Positions 19,377 to 29,146 of a stretch of 64,000 bases of DNA are shown in pieces. Within the stretch, counting starts at the first letter, position 1. Every line of letters begins with the position of its first letter. Made by a program: the position numbers and the translations under genes. Location: assembly GCA_963782055.1 (NCBI GenBank), contig CAWAIF010000003.1, positions 6,496,001 through 6,560,000 of the forward strand. The letters are read 5' to 3'. Under the pieces are notes generated by a model, which was not told the origin of the DNA, did no database searches, and was given only the letters and a program-made list of their open reading frames with translations. Source of the stretch: an uncultured delta proteobacterium. Lineage in GTDB: Bacteria; Myxococcota_A; Polyangia; Polyangiales; Polyangiaceae.

Positions 19377-20495
19377 ATGAAGGCGGGGTCCCTCGCGCGC
19401 GCGCTGCTGGTCACCTCCGGGCGCGCGGTCGCCCTGCGCGCGGTGCCGCTGGCGTGCGGGGTGGGGATCGCCGCCACCGTCCTCTTCGCCGGCAACGGGC
19501 TGCGCGCGGCGGACGTGGTCGCCATGATGCACGGCTCCCTCGCGGTGCGCGCCGCCCTCTGGGCCGCCTGGACGGCGGCGGCGACGACCGCGATCGCGCC
19601 CGCCTACGACGCGCCGGGCACCCGCACGCTGCGCTCCTCCCGCCCGCCGCCTGCGCTCCTCGCCGCCATGCTCCTGCTCCTCGCCGTCGCGGCGCAGCTC
19701 CCGTGGAGCCTGCTCTTCCTCCGGGGCGGCGGGGCGGCCGCGGGCGCGCTCGCGGCCCTGCTCGCCGCGGCGGCCTCCGCGTCCGCGTTCGCCGCGTCCC
19801 GCGCGCGTGCGGGCGCGCTCCTCCTCCTCGCCGTCGCGGGCCTGATCGCCGCCGACCTCCCGCCCGCGGTCGCGATCGCCCCCGCCGCGGCGCTCGCGAT
19901 CACCTCGGCGCGCGTGGCGTGGCGGTCCGCGCTGCAGCAACCTGGTGCGCTCCGCCTGGTGCGGCGCGCGCCGGCGCCCGTGGCGCTCGCACTGGCCTAC
20001 CTGGCGCGCATGACGCGGGCGGCGCGCGGACGCCTGCAGTCCGCCGCGGTGCTCGTCTTCGCCGCGGGCGGCGGCCTCGCCCTGTCCCTCCGTCACGACG
20101 CGGAGGCACGCCCGGTTCCGCGGGCGCTCCTCGTCTTCGCCCTCCCCCTCAGCGTCGCGTGCGGGATGCTCGCCGCGCCGGCGGTGGAGACGGAGGCGCG
20201 GTTGCGGCCCGTCCTGCGCGCCACGCGCACCCGCGCGCTCGTCCTCGGCGCCGCGATGACGCTCGCGCTCGCCACGCCGTCGACCGCCCTGGCCGCGGGT
20301 GCCGGCGCGATGGCCGCGACCGTGTCGCACACGCCCCACACGGTGACCCTCGCGTCCGCCGCGTGGGCGGTGCTCATCGCCGCGTCCGTCGCGTGGTGGG
20401 CGCGGCGGGCGGCACGCGCGCGCCGGCCCTCGGTGTTCCTCGCCGGCGTGGTCGCCATCGGGGCGGCCTTCACCGCGGCGGCGGCGTCATGGTGA
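19377..20495 (+). CDS. Ala-rich polytopic membrane protein, probable ABC permease
   Basis: Many hydrophobic segments; overlaps the ABC ATPase start. Confidence 0.6.
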   Translation: MKAGSLARALLVTSGRAVALRAVPLACGVGIAATVLFAGNGLRAADVVAMMHGSLAVRAALWAAWTAAATTAIAPAYDAPGTRTLRSSRPPPALLAAMLLLLAVAAQLPWSLLFLRGGGAAAGALAALLAAAASASAFAASRARAGALLLLAVAGLIAADLPPAVAIAPAAALAITSARVAWRSALQQPGALRLVRRAPAPVALALAYLARMTRAARGRLQSAAVLVFAAGGGLALSLRHDAEARPVPRALLVFALPLSVACGMLAAPAVETEARLRPVLRATRTRALVLGAAMTLALATPSTALAAGAGAMAATVSHTPHTVTLASAAWAVLIAASVAWWARRAARARRPSVFLAGVVAIGAAFTAAAASW

Positions 20496-21055
20496 GGGCG
20501 CGCGGGCTCGGCAAGTGGTTCGGCGCGCGCCGCGTGCTGGAGCACCTCTCCCTCGACGTGTGCGCCGGGGACCGCGTGGTCGTCGTCGGGGAGAACGGCT
20601 GCGGCAAGTCCACGCTGCTGCAGCTCGTCGCGGGGGTGCTCGAGGGGCACGAGGGGACGCTGAAGACCCCGCGGTCCATCGGCTACGCGCCGGAGAAGCC
20701 GGACATCCCCGATCACCTGCTCGCCGTGGAGTGGCTGGACCTGATCGCCTCCCTCAAGAGCGCGCGATGGAGAGAGGAGCTCGGCGTGGGCGCGCTGCTC
20801 GGACGCAAGGTGGCGGCGCTCTCCCTCGGGCAGCGGCAACGCCTGTCGCTGGTCGCCGCCTTCACCGGGGCTCCGCCGCTGCTGGTGCTGGACGAGCCGA
20901 CCAACGCGCTCGACGAGGACGCGCGGGAGGCCGTGATCGCGCGCGTCCTCGGCTCGACCGCACTCGTCGCCACCCACGACCGCGACTTCGCCGCCCGCGT
21001 GGCGACGCGCGTGGTGACGATCCCCGAGCTGTCGGATCCCGGCGCCGTGGCCTGA
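20489..21055 (+). CDS. ABC transporter ATP-binding protein
   Basis: GENGCGKST, LSLGQ, VLDEPT, THD. Confidence 0.9.
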   Translation: MVRARGLGKWFGARRVLEHLSLDVCAGDRVVVVGENGCGKSTLLQLVAGVLEGHEGTLKTPRSIGYAPEKPDIPDHLLAVEWLDLIASLKSARWREELGVGALLGRKVAALSLGQRQRLSLVAAFTGAPPLLVLDEPTNALDEDAREAVIARVLGSTALVATHDRDFAARVATRVVTIPELSDPGAVA

Positions 21056-21092
21056 AGCCTGCGCGCTCCGCGGCCGGCGGCGCGCCGGTCCT

Positions 21093-21527
21093 TCAGCCGG
21101 AGCCGCCGGGTCGCAGCCAGCCGCGCTGCCGGAGCAACGCACGCACCCGCCGCTCCACGTCGTCGCGGATCTCCCGCACGCGAGCGGGCGGCTTGCCCTT
21201 CGGGTCTTCCAGCGGCCAGTCCTCCCGCTCCGCGCCCGGGACGACGGGGCACGCCTCACCGCAGCCCATCGTCACCAGCAGGCACGCCCCCGCGGCCACC
21301 TCGCCGGTGAGCTTGCGCGGCGCGACGCCCGCGAGCTCCACGCCGAGCTCGCGCATGACCTCCACCACCTCGGGGTGCACGCGCCCGGCAGGCTCCGTCC
21401 CGGCGGACACGGCGGCGGCGGCGGACGGGTCGACGAGGCGGTTGAAGAGCGCCGCCGCCATCTGTGAGCGACCCGCGTTGTGCACGCAGGCGAAGACGAC
21501 GGTCAGCCAATCAACCGCAGCAGCCAC
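21093..21527 (-). CDS. arsC: Arsenate reductase (LMW-PTP fold); start uncertain
   Basis: CVHNAGRSQMA, SAGTEP, TMGCGEACP, DWPLEDP. Confidence 0.88.
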   Translation of the reverse strand: MAAAVDWLTVVFACVHNAGRSQMAAALFNRLVDPSAAAAVSAGTEPAGRVHPEVVEVMRELGVELAGVAPRKLTGEVAAGACLLVTMGCGEACPVVPGAEREDWPLEDPKGKPPARVREIRDDVERRVRALLRQRGWLRPGGSG

Positions 21528-21981
21528 CGGACTTGGTGTCCTTCGCCGGCTCCGCGCCCGCGACCTTCGGCACGCAGCAGCCGGCCTTGGCCGTCTGGTT
21601 CGTCATGACCGACGCCTCGCCCTTGACCACGAAGACCTCCCACGAGTTGCCGTCGGGATCCTCCACCCACACCTTGTCTTGGAGCGCGTAGCAGCACTCG
21701 GTGTTCTCCTCGGTGAGGGTCTTGAGGCCGGCCTCCTTGAAGCGCGTCCACGCGGCCGCGACGTCCTCGCTACCGGCGACCTGGATGCCGAAGTGGCTGG
21801 CGTTGACGCCGGTGCGCGGCGCCTCCTGCATGCTCAGGTTGAGGGAGGGCGACGCCAGATCGAACTTGGCGTAGCCGGGGCGGCGCTTGGTGGCGGGGAC
21901 GCCGAAGACCTTCTCGTAGAAGGCGACGGAGGCGTCGATGTCGGAGACGTTGAGCGAGACGTGGGGCTTGAGGACGTTCAT
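21511..21981 (-). CDS. arsI: ArsI/CadI family VOC metalloenzyme
   Basis: PHVSLNV, SHFG, ECCYALQDKVWVEDPDGNSWEVF. Confidence 0.88.
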   Translation of the reverse strand: MNVLKPHVSLNVSDIDASVAFYEKVFGVPATKRRPGYAKFDLASPSLNLSMQEAPRTGVNASHFGIQVAGSEDVAAAWTRFKEAGLKTLTEENTECCYALQDKVWVEDPDGNSWEVFVVKGEASVMTNQTAKAGCCVPKVAGAEPAKDTKSGGCCG

Positions 21982-22007
21982 GAACTGGACCTTCCGGTGA
22001 TTCGTGT

Positions 22008-22325
22008 TCAGCAGCAGCTCTCTGGTGAGGCCTTGCCGCACTTGCAGCAGTCCTCCCAGAGGAAATCGGTCAGGGCGCGCAGGACCTTGTAGTCCGCGGT
22101 GTGGAAGACGGACCGGCCCTCGCGCCGCGCGACCATCAGGCCCGCGCCGACGAGACGCTCGATGTGGTGGCTGAGGGTCGCCCAGGGAATGCCCAGCTTG
22201 TCCTGCAGCTCGGTGGCCGTGGTCCCCTCCGGCCCGGCCTGCACCACGTGGCGGAGGATCCCCAGGCGCGCGGGATGCCCCAGGGCGCCGAACTGCTCGG
22301 CGTGATGGTCCAGCTTGGAACTCAC
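22008..22325 (-). CDS. arsR: Arsenic-responsive ArsR regulator (C-terminal Cys type)
   Basis: ALGHPARLGILRH...TLSHH...LWEDCCKC; heads the arsI-arsC operon. Confidence 0.88.
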   Translation of the reverse strand: MSSKLDHHAEQFGALGHPARLGILRHVVQAGPEGTTATELQDKLGIPWATLSHHIERLVGAGLMVARREGRSVFHTADYKVLRALTDFLWEDCCKCGKASPESCC

Positions 22326-22361
22326 ATCGATATATCTAGATCATTCGATACGACCCGTCAA
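22326..22361 (-). promoter_or_regulatory. ars promoter/operator
   Basis: TTGACG-17nt-TAGATA; AT-rich imperfect palindrome ATCGA-TATATC-TAGAT next to the start codon. Confidence 0.5.
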
Positions 22362-22498
22362 GCGCAGCGACGTCCGATCGCGAGCAGGCGAACGATCGCG
22401 CGACGCGTCGTGGGTGACGCGCCCCCCGGGCCGTCGGGGACCTCCGGGCGCGTCGGCGCCGACGCGGGCGGCACGCGCTTGTCGCGAGATACAGGCGA

Positions 22499-22514
22499 CG
22501 GCCCATGGATTGCT
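22499..22514 (+). promoter_or_regulatory. Candidate sigma54 promoter
   Basis: CGGCCCATGGATTGCT, GG-N10-GC, ~27 bp upstream of ATG 22541. Confidence 0.5.
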
Positions 22515-22540
22515 ATGGTGGTGCCCGGAGGACCACCACG

Positions 22541-22900
22541 ATGCCCATCGCCCGATCGCTCGCCGCCTTCCTCGCCGCCGCCGCCTCGGTGCTCGCCGTC
22601 GCCTGCAGCTCCGGAGCCGGAGACATCTGCCGGACGTACTGCAAGGACGCCCAGGCGCGTCAGTGCACGACGATCAAGGGCGACTGCAACACCTTCTGCT
22701 CTGCCGTCGACACGGTGGCCGGGGAGGGCTCCTGCACCTCGCAGGAGGACGCCTACACCTCGTGCCTCAACCAGGGCGACACGTGCACCGGCGACGCCCG
22801 CTGCGGCAGCCAGAAGAACGCCTTCAGCAACTGCGCGACCGCCTACTGCGTCGGGCACCTCAGCGAGGCGAGCTGCCAGACGATCGCCGCCTCCTTCTGA
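22541..22900 (+). CDS. Small Cys-rich lipoprotein
   Basis: GGAGG RBS; lipobox AVAC; repeated CxxxC pairs. Confidence 0.78.
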   Translation: MPIARSLAAFLAAAASVLAVACSSGAGDICRTYCKDAQARQCTTIKGDCNTFCSAVDTVAGEGSCTSQEDAYTSCLNQGDTCTGDARCGSQKNAFSNCATAYCVGHLSEASCQTIAASF

Positions 22901-22958
22901 GTCGCCCTCGGACGCCCGCGGTTGATCGCCGCGGCGGAGACGCCTACAAAAGGCCCCG

Positions 22959-24602
22959 GTGCATCGTCCGGGTCTTCTCGCCGTCTTGGTGCTGCTGTCG
23001 TGCAGCAAGGACAACGCCGCCCCGGACGCGGGGGCGCGGCCGACGGGCGCGATCGACGCCGCCGTCGACGCACCCGACCTGGACGCGCAGGCCGCGGCCG
23101 CGCGGGCGCGCGCGCGGGAGAAGGCGCGTGCCGAGCTGGACGCGGGCACGTTCAAGGGCCCCGAGCTCTACGCCGCCGCCACGCGGACCTCCGTGATGAA
23201 CGTGCCGGCCTGGCCGGCGACGGACGCCGACGGCGGCGCCCTGCCCTCCCCCGACGTCTACCGCCTGGGCTACCTGCGGCACGGGTCGCACGTACCGGTG
23301 CTCGCCGCCCCCATCGTCAACGACGACTGCCACGAGGGCTGGTACGAGCTGGTGGAGGGAGGCTACGTGTGCGGCAAGTACGCGTCGCTGGACCCGAAGG
23401 ACCCCGCGGTGCGCTTCGCGGCGCACCCGCCCGACCTCTCCAGCCCGATGCCCTACCGCTACGGCGTCGCGCTCGCCGACGAGACGCCGGTCTACCGGCG
23501 CGTGCTCTCGCACCACGACCGCATCAGGTACGAGCCGTGGCTCGCCCCGCCCGACCCACGGAAGCTCGACGGCGGCGTGGCGGACGGCGGCGCGCCCGAC
23601 GAAGACGCCGGGGAGGAGGAGGAGGCCGACGGCAAGTCGAAGGACGCCGGCGCGCCCGACGCCGCGCCCATCAAGCTGCGCGATCTGCGGGGCCACGGCG
23701 TGCTCGCCCACCGCATCATGAAGGGCTTCTACGTGGGGCTGGACCGCGACTTCCACGCCGCCAAGGCGCACTGGTGGCGCACGACGGAGGGCTTCGCCAT
23801 CCCGTACGAGCGCATCATGCTGCAGAAGTGGACGCCTCCCTTCCACGGCGCGTGGGTGCGCGCGACGGGCGCCGACCTCGACGGCGGCCTGCCCGAGGCC
23901 GGCGCGATCGAGGGCAACGGCACCGCGGTGCTGGTGCACACGACCTACGCCATGCGCTACCGGGACGACGACAAGGGCCACCTCAAGCCGTACGGCCGGC
24001 CCATGCCGAAGTGGAGCGCGCTCGAGCTCGCCGGCGATCCGCGCATGGTGGGCGGCGTGGCGTTCCAGCAGACGACGGCCGGCTTCTGGGTGCGCGTGAC
24101 CGACATGAAGGTCGCCCACGCCCAGGTCCCCGACGACCTCGGCCCCGGCGAGAAGTCGATCAACGTCGACCTCGGCGACGAGGTGCTCGTCGCCTTCGAG
24201 GGCAAGCACCCGGTGTTCGCGACGCTGGTGTCGTCGGGCAAGCGCACCCCGTGGGACCCCATTCACGATCACCCCACGCCCACCGGGACCTTCCACATCT
24301 ACGAGAAGCACGTCTCGGCGACGATGGACGGCGACGTCGCGGCGACGGGGCCGTACTCGATCGAGGACGTGCCGTGGGTGATGTACTTCCAGGGGAGCTA
24401 CGCGCTGCACGGCGCCTTCTGGCACAACTACTTCGGCTCGCCGTTCAGCCACGGGTGCGTGAACCTCTCGCCCACCGACGCGCGCGAGCTCTTCTTCTGG
24501 ACCGAGCCCCGGCTTCCGGTAGGCTGGCATGGCGTGTTCCAGACAGCACAGAATCCGGGTACGCGCGTGGTGATCCACGGGCCGCCGGAGAAGAAGAAGT
24601 GA
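22959..24602 (+). CDS. L,D-transpeptidase (YkuD domain) lipoprotein
   Basis: Lipobox LLSC; TPTGTFHI; ALHGAFWHNYFGSPFSHGCVNLS catalytic motif. Confidence 0.9.
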   Translation: MHRPGLLAVLVLLSCSKDNAAPDAGARPTGAIDAAVDAPDLDAQAAAARARAREKARAELDAGTFKGPELYAAATRTSVMNVPAWPATDADGGALPSPDVYRLGYLRHGSHVPVLAAPIVNDDCHEGWYELVEGGYVCGKYASLDPKDPAVRFAAHPPDLSSPMPYRYGVALADETPVYRRVLSHHDRIRYEPWLAPPDPRKLDGGVADGGAPDEDAGEEEEADGKSKDAGAPDAAPIKLRDLRGHGVLAHRIMKGFYVGLDRDFHAAKAHWWRTTEGFAIPYERIMLQKWTPPFHGAWVRATGADLDGGLPEAGAIEGNGTAVLVHTTYAMRYRDDDKGHLKPYGRPMPKWSALELAGDPRMVGGVAFQQTTAGFWVRVTDMKVAHAQVPDDLGPGEKSINVDLGDEVLVAFEGKHPVFATLVSSGKRTPWDPIHDHPTPTGTFHIYEKHVSATMDGDVAATGPYSIEDVPWVMYFQGSYALHGAFWHNYFGSPFSHGCVNLSPTDARELFFWTEPRLPVGWHGVFQTAQNPGTRVVIHGPPEKKK

Positions 24603-26560
24603 TCGGGCGGGGGGGGCGCTTCGGCGTGCTGCTCGCCGGGGCGCTCGCGGTGGGCGCGTGTGCGCCGGCGTCGCGGACCTCGGTGGACGTGCACGCGCGC
24701 GTGGCGGTGTCCATCTCCCCCACCCCGGACAAGATGCCCTTCGACCCGCGCAGCGCGCGGCTGGTGCAGGCGAGCGGGCAGCTCACCGAGCTGGTCGGCC
24801 ACACGGTGTCGCTGCAGGTGGACGCGGCGATGGTGCCGGCGTTTCGCTCCGGCTTCGAGGAGGCGCTCGTCGCCTCCTTCGAGAACGTGGTGCGCGACCT
24901 GACGGCGCTGCAGAAGGACGAGCCCGCCGCCTTCGATCGCGGCGCGCCGCTGCTGGAGCACATCGAGCTGCGCTACGACGTGACCGCCTCCCGCGACGAG
25001 GCGGCGCTGGAGACCGCGTCGCACACGCTGCGCATCCGCGGCCCGGCCCGGCGCGGCGCGCTGGTGGCGGAGGGCGAGGTGGCTCGCGCCTTGTCTGTAG
25101 AATACACGCAGTTTCTGACGGCGCGGTTCGCGTCGGCCACGCCGGACTCGGTCGCCCCGGCGGACCGGCGCGCGTATTTGCAGTACCTGACCGGACACCT
25201 CCCGGGGCGCGGCTACCCGAGCGACCCGCGCGCGACCACCCCGGCGGAGCTGGGCGCCTCGAAGCGCGCGGCGCGCATCCTGGCGGTGCTGCGGCTGGAG
25301 GCGCTGGACCCCTCGCTCTCCGCCGAGACGCACCGGTGGCTGATGCAGCAGCTCTCGTGGTTCGTCGACCTGTACGCGAACGACACGCTGACGGTGCGCG
25401 ACGTCCCCGCCCGGACGACCTTCCGCGCGGCGGAGCGCGCGTACGTGGCGTGGCTGACGAAGGCGCTGCCGGCGATGGACGACGCGGCCCAGGCGCGCGT
25501 GATGGGCTCGCTCTTCGTGCGCACCTCCACGGCGAACCGCGCGGCGCTCGGCGGAGCGAGCTACGTGCCCTTCGCCTTCCCGGGCGTGGACCTGTTCGCC
25601 ATGGGCCTGCGCGTGGTGGACGCGTGGCGGGCCGCGGGGCACCCGACGCAGCTCTCCCCCGGCGGGACGAAGCAGACGTTCGAGCTCATCGCCTGCCCGC
25701 GGCCGAAGGGCCGGCGCGGGTCGCGCTCGCTGGCGCCGCACTGCGACGAGGACTGGTACCGGCTGGCGCTGGGGTCGTCCGCGGGGCGCGCGCGGCTCGC
25801 GCGGGCGCTTCTCGATCGCGACGATCCGGTGTTCACCGAGATGACGTTCGTCAACGTGCCGTACGCCAGCCGTGACGGCGTGGACGACACGCTGGCGCTG
25901 CTCCGCGCGGTGGAGGCGAAGCCCTCGGTGTGGACGGGCGCCGTGCGGGTCTTCGCCGACGAGCGCGGCGAGACGGTGCACGACCGCACGGTGCTGGAGG
26001 AGGCGCAGCGGTGGTGGCTGGAGCACCCGGACCGGCGGGGGGTGGTGCTGTACCTGCTGGCCCAGATGGACCGCTACGATCACGGCGACGTCGACTGGCG
26101 GGGTTTCGGCAACGCCTTCTCTGCGGTGAGCGCCGGCGAGCTCGCGAGCTACCTCGCGCAGGGACCGCGGGCGATGTCGCTGGTGCCGGTGGTGTGGCGG
26201 GCGCTCGCGCCGGGCTACTCGCGCGCGGCGATCGTCCTGCCGAAGCTGGACGCCTTCCTGGGCGATCCGCACGTGCGCGACTACGACTCCGCCGACCCGT
26301 ACCGTACGCTACGCGGGATCGTCGGGCGGCTTTGCGCGGAGAAGAACACGAAGGACCTCGCCGCGGTCCGCGCGTACCTGGAGCAGCGGGTGAGCGCGCA
26401 CCCGGGCGAGCCGTACGCGGCCATCGCCGACGAGGCGACGAGCGCGCGGTGCAAGCCGCCGCCGCCGAGCCCGCCGCCGCACAGCACGGTGCGGCTGGCG
26501 CCGGCGAGGACGAGGCTGCGGATCATCCAGCAGCAGCACCAGGGGCCGGAGACGCCGTGA
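24599..26560 (+). CDS. Uncharacterised ~650-aa lipoprotein (paralogue A)
   Basis: GTGA overlap; lipobox VGAC; full-length similarity to the next gene. Confidence 0.75.
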   Translation: MIGRGGRFGVLLAGALAVGACAPASRTSVDVHARVAVSISPTPDKMPFDPRSARLVQASGQLTELVGHTVSLQVDAAMVPAFRSGFEEALVASFENVVRDLTALQKDEPAAFDRGAPLLEHIELRYDVTASRDEAALETASHTLRIRGPARRGALVAEGEVARALSVEYTQFLTARFASATPDSVAPADRRAYLQYLTGHLPGRGYPSDPRATTPAELGASKRAARILAVLRLEALDPSLSAETHRWLMQQLSWFVDLYANDTLTVRDVPARTTFRAAERAYVAWLTKALPAMDDAAQARVMGSLFVRTSTANRAALGGASYVPFAFPGVDLFAMGLRVVDAWRAAGHPTQLSPGGTKQTFELIACPRPKGRRGSRSLAPHCDEDWYRLALGSSAGRARLARALLDRDDPVFTEMTFVNVPYASRDGVDDTLALLRAVEAKPSVWTGAVRVFADERGETVHDRTVLEEAQRWWLEHPDRRGVVLYLLAQMDRYDHGDVDWRGFGNAFSAVSAGELASYLAQGPRAMSLVPVVWRALAPGYSRAAIVLPKLDAFLGDPHVRDYDSADPYRTLRGIVGRLCAEKNTKDLAAVRAYLEQRVSAHPGEPYAAIADEATSARCKPPPPSPPPHSTVRLAPARTRLRIIQQQHQGPETP

Positions 26561-28467
26561 AGGTCGCGGCCGTCCTGCTCGTGCTCGCGCTCGGTGCCGG
26601 ATGCGGCGGCGGCGCGGTCACCGCCGTGCACGTGGAGAGCTCGGCGACGATCGCCATCACCCCGGCGCCGGACGAGCTGCCGTTCGATCCGCGGGGCGCG
26701 CGCCTGCACGAGGCGACGGAGCAGCTCTCGGCGCTCGCCGGGCACGCGGTGTCCTTCCAGTTCGACGCGGCGCTGGTGTCGGAGCTGCAGTCGGGCTTCG
26801 AGGATCAGCTCATCGCCTCGGTGGAGGCGGTCGCGCAGGGACTGGCGGCGTGGAAGAAGGACGAGCCGGCGGCGTTCGCGCGCTCGGCGTCGGCCCTGCA
26901 GCACGTGGTCTGTCGTTACCGTGCGGCGCTCCGAAGCGCGCGCGCCACGCTGGACGCGGCCACGGGCGTGTTGACGGTGGACCTGCCCTCGCGCATCGAC
27001 CGGCTGATCTCCCGCGGGCTGGTCTACGTGGCCCTCCAGGATGAGAGCGACGCCTGGGCGGACAAGGCGTACGGCGGCGCGTCACCCGATTCGGTTCCGG
27101 CGGCGCAGCGCCGCGCGTACTTCGGCTACCTGATCGCCACGCGCCCGGGCTACGGCGCCCTCTACGAGCGACGGTTCCGCGCGGCGCAGAGGTCGCTCTC
27201 GCGCGCCGACCGGCTCGCGCAGTCCCCGCACGCCGACGTGATCCTGAAGGTGCTGCGGCTCCTGGAGCTTGCCAAGGGCACCGACGCGGGCCTGGAGCGC
27301 GACGCGAGCGCGTGGCTCTGGGATCAGCTCGACTGGTTCGGGTACCGCTACGCCGGCGACCAGAAGGAGCTCGCGCAGGTGGGCGCGGGCACGCCGTTCC
27401 GCCACGCGGAGTCGGCGTACATGCGCTGGCTCGCCGCGCAGCTCCCGCACGCGACGCTCGCCCAGCAGCGCGTCGCCGCGCGCCGCTTCTTCGCGCACGA
27501 CATCGCCGGCTGCACGCGGGAGGGCTGCACGCGGCAGGCGGGCGCGTTCCCCGGCATCGACACCTTCGCCTTCGGGCTCGGCGTGGTGGACGCGTGGGCG
27601 CGCGCGGGCCACCCCGCGGCCAAGGAGCACGACGCGCGGACGGACCTGCTCGACAGCGTGGTGTGCCCCTACGAGCGCGACGCCGATGGCAAGCTCTCCT
27701 ACTGGCGCGGCTGCTCCGCGGGCTGGGTGATCGGCTCGGTGGTCGACGACGCGACGCGCGCACGTCTGGCCCGCGCGCTCGATCAGCGCAAGGACGCTGT
27801 GCTCGTCGCCGACGTCTTCATGAGCATGAAGTACGCGCCGGCCGGCCCGCTGCTGGCGCTCTTTCGCGCGCTCGACCCGAAGGGGCCGGCGTGGCGCACC
27901 GCCGCGGGGGTGCTGGGCGGAGAGCTCTTCGACGACCACTCGCACGAGCTGGTGGAGGAGGGGCAACGCCTCTGGAAGGCGCACCCGGAGCACCGCGGCA
28001 CCGCGCTCTACTTCGTGGCGCGCTCGAAGCGGGGCGAGCCGCAGTACTACGTCGACAAGTTCTTCAAGGGCTTCGCGCGGAGCTGGGGGGCAGGCGTCGA
28101 CGAGCCGATGCTCTCCGAGATGCTCGGCTACGGCCTGCCGGCGATGGAGCTGGTGCCGAGCGTGTGGCCGGCGCTGACGCGCGGTTTCTCGCACGCGGGC
28201 GTCGTGGTCTCGCGGCTGGATGCGCTGATCCCGGACGCCGCCGCGCCCTCCGCCGGGCGTGCCCTGCGCGCGCTGTCCGCGGTGGTCGGGCGCCTCTGCG
28301 AGGACGCCGACGCCGCAGGGCTCGGGACGGTGCACGCATACCTCGCCCGGCGCTCCGGCGCGAAGCCGGCGGAGACGAAGGCGCTCGCGACGCTCACGCG
28401 CGACACGGCCCCGGGCGGCTGCAAGGCACGCAAGCGCGAGCCGGCGGACGCTACGACCGACCCGTGA
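26557..28467 (+). CDS. Uncharacterised ~635-aa lipoprotein (paralogue B)
   Basis: GTGA overlap; lipobox GAGC; shares PFDPR.ARL and FPG.D.FA.GL.VVDAW..AGHP blocks with paralogue A. Confidence 0.75.
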   Translation: MKVAAVLLVLALGAGCGGGAVTAVHVESSATIAITPAPDELPFDPRGARLHEATEQLSALAGHAVSFQFDAALVSELQSGFEDQLIASVEAVAQGLAAWKKDEPAAFARSASALQHVVCRYRAALRSARATLDAATGVLTVDLPSRIDRLISRGLVYVALQDESDAWADKAYGGASPDSVPAAQRRAYFGYLIATRPGYGALYERRFRAAQRSLSRADRLAQSPHADVILKVLRLLELAKGTDAGLERDASAWLWDQLDWFGYRYAGDQKELAQVGAGTPFRHAESAYMRWLAAQLPHATLAQQRVAARRFFAHDIAGCTREGCTRQAGAFPGIDTFAFGLGVVDAWARAGHPAAKEHDARTDLLDSVVCPYERDADGKLSYWRGCSAGWVIGSVVDDATRARLARALDQRKDAVLVADVFMSMKYAPAGPLLALFRALDPKGPAWRTAAGVLGGELFDDHSHELVEEGQRLWKAHPEHRGTALYFVARSKRGEPQYYVDKFFKGFARSWGAGVDEPMLSEMLGYGLPAMELVPSVWPALTRGFSHAGVVVSRLDALIPDAAAPSAGRALRALSAVVGRLCEDADAAGLGTVHAYLARRSGAKPAETKALATLTRDTAPGGCKARKREPADATTDP

Positions 28468-29146
28468 CCCGCCGAACCAGCGCCTTCTGCAATCGGCTCA
28501 TGCGCACGCCGGGCCTCACGTCGGTCATCAGGCGCTCGGCGTCCTCCGGCGACGCCGCTCGGCCCTCGGCCACGAGCACGCAGGCGACCACGGCGGCGGA
28601 ACGGCCGTGGCCCGCCGCGCAGTGCACGTAGCTCACGCCATCATGCGCGCGCACCCTGTCCACCGCGCTGGCGAACGCGGCGTCGTCGGGCACCGACCCG
28701 TCCAGCGTGGGCACCGCGACGTACTCGCCGGAGACCGGCGCGAGTCCGGGGAACTCGGCGGTGAGGTCCACCACGAGGCGCACCCCCGGCGGCAGCTCGT
28801 CGCGCCCCAGCGGCTTGCGCCCCAAAAACAGGCCGGGCCGGATCTCGTGATGAGCTGCCTCGCGGCGCAGCCGGAGCAGCAGGAGCACCAGCCACGCGCC
28901 GGCGAGGTAGGGGGCGGTGAGTAGCATGGCGGCCGGGCTCAGCCGCCCGCGCGCGCTCTTGCCGAAGACGCGGGGCCCGACCCCCGCGTAAGCGAGCGCG
29001 ACGACGCCGAAGCTCACCGCCGACCAGATGAGCGCGAGCTCGGCAGCCGTCACGGGCGCCATCCTCGCGCGCAGTGCCGCGGAGCAGGCCAGCATCACGG
29101 AGAGCAGCCCGAACGCGACGCTGAACTTCGGCTCCGAACGCCCCAT
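28451..29146 (-). CDS. Membrane-anchored dual-specificity/PTP-like phosphatase
   Basis: YVHCAAGHGRS (CX5R), VVDLTAEF, PTLD; N-terminal TM helices. Confidence 0.85.
   Translation of the reverse strand: MGRSEPKFSVAFGLLSVMLACSAALRARMAPVTAAELALIWSAVSFGVVALAYAGVGPRVFGKSARGRLSPAAMLLTAPYLAGAWLVLLLLRLRREAAHHEIRPGLFLGRKPLGRDELPPGVRLVVDLTAEFPGLAPVSGEYVAVPTLDGSVPDDAAFASAVDRVRAHDGVSYVHCAAGHGRSAAVVACVLVAEGRAASPEDAERLMTDVRPGVRMSRLQKALVRRVTGRS

Noticed and set aside
18237..20495. 752-aa ORF spanning integrase and tRNA
   Set aside because: The upstream part is an off-frame shadow; only 19377-20495 looks coding
19377..21055. ABC pair as the missing arsenite exporter or as island cargo
   Set aside because: It is convergent with the ars operon, has no arsenic-related motifs and lies outside the att repeats
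22922..26560. 1212-aa ORF, and similar long extensions at 644, 4768, 6886, 25930, 31803 and 59180
   Set aside because: N-terminal extensions are stop-free alternative frames in GC-rich DNA overlapping real genes; true starts are internal
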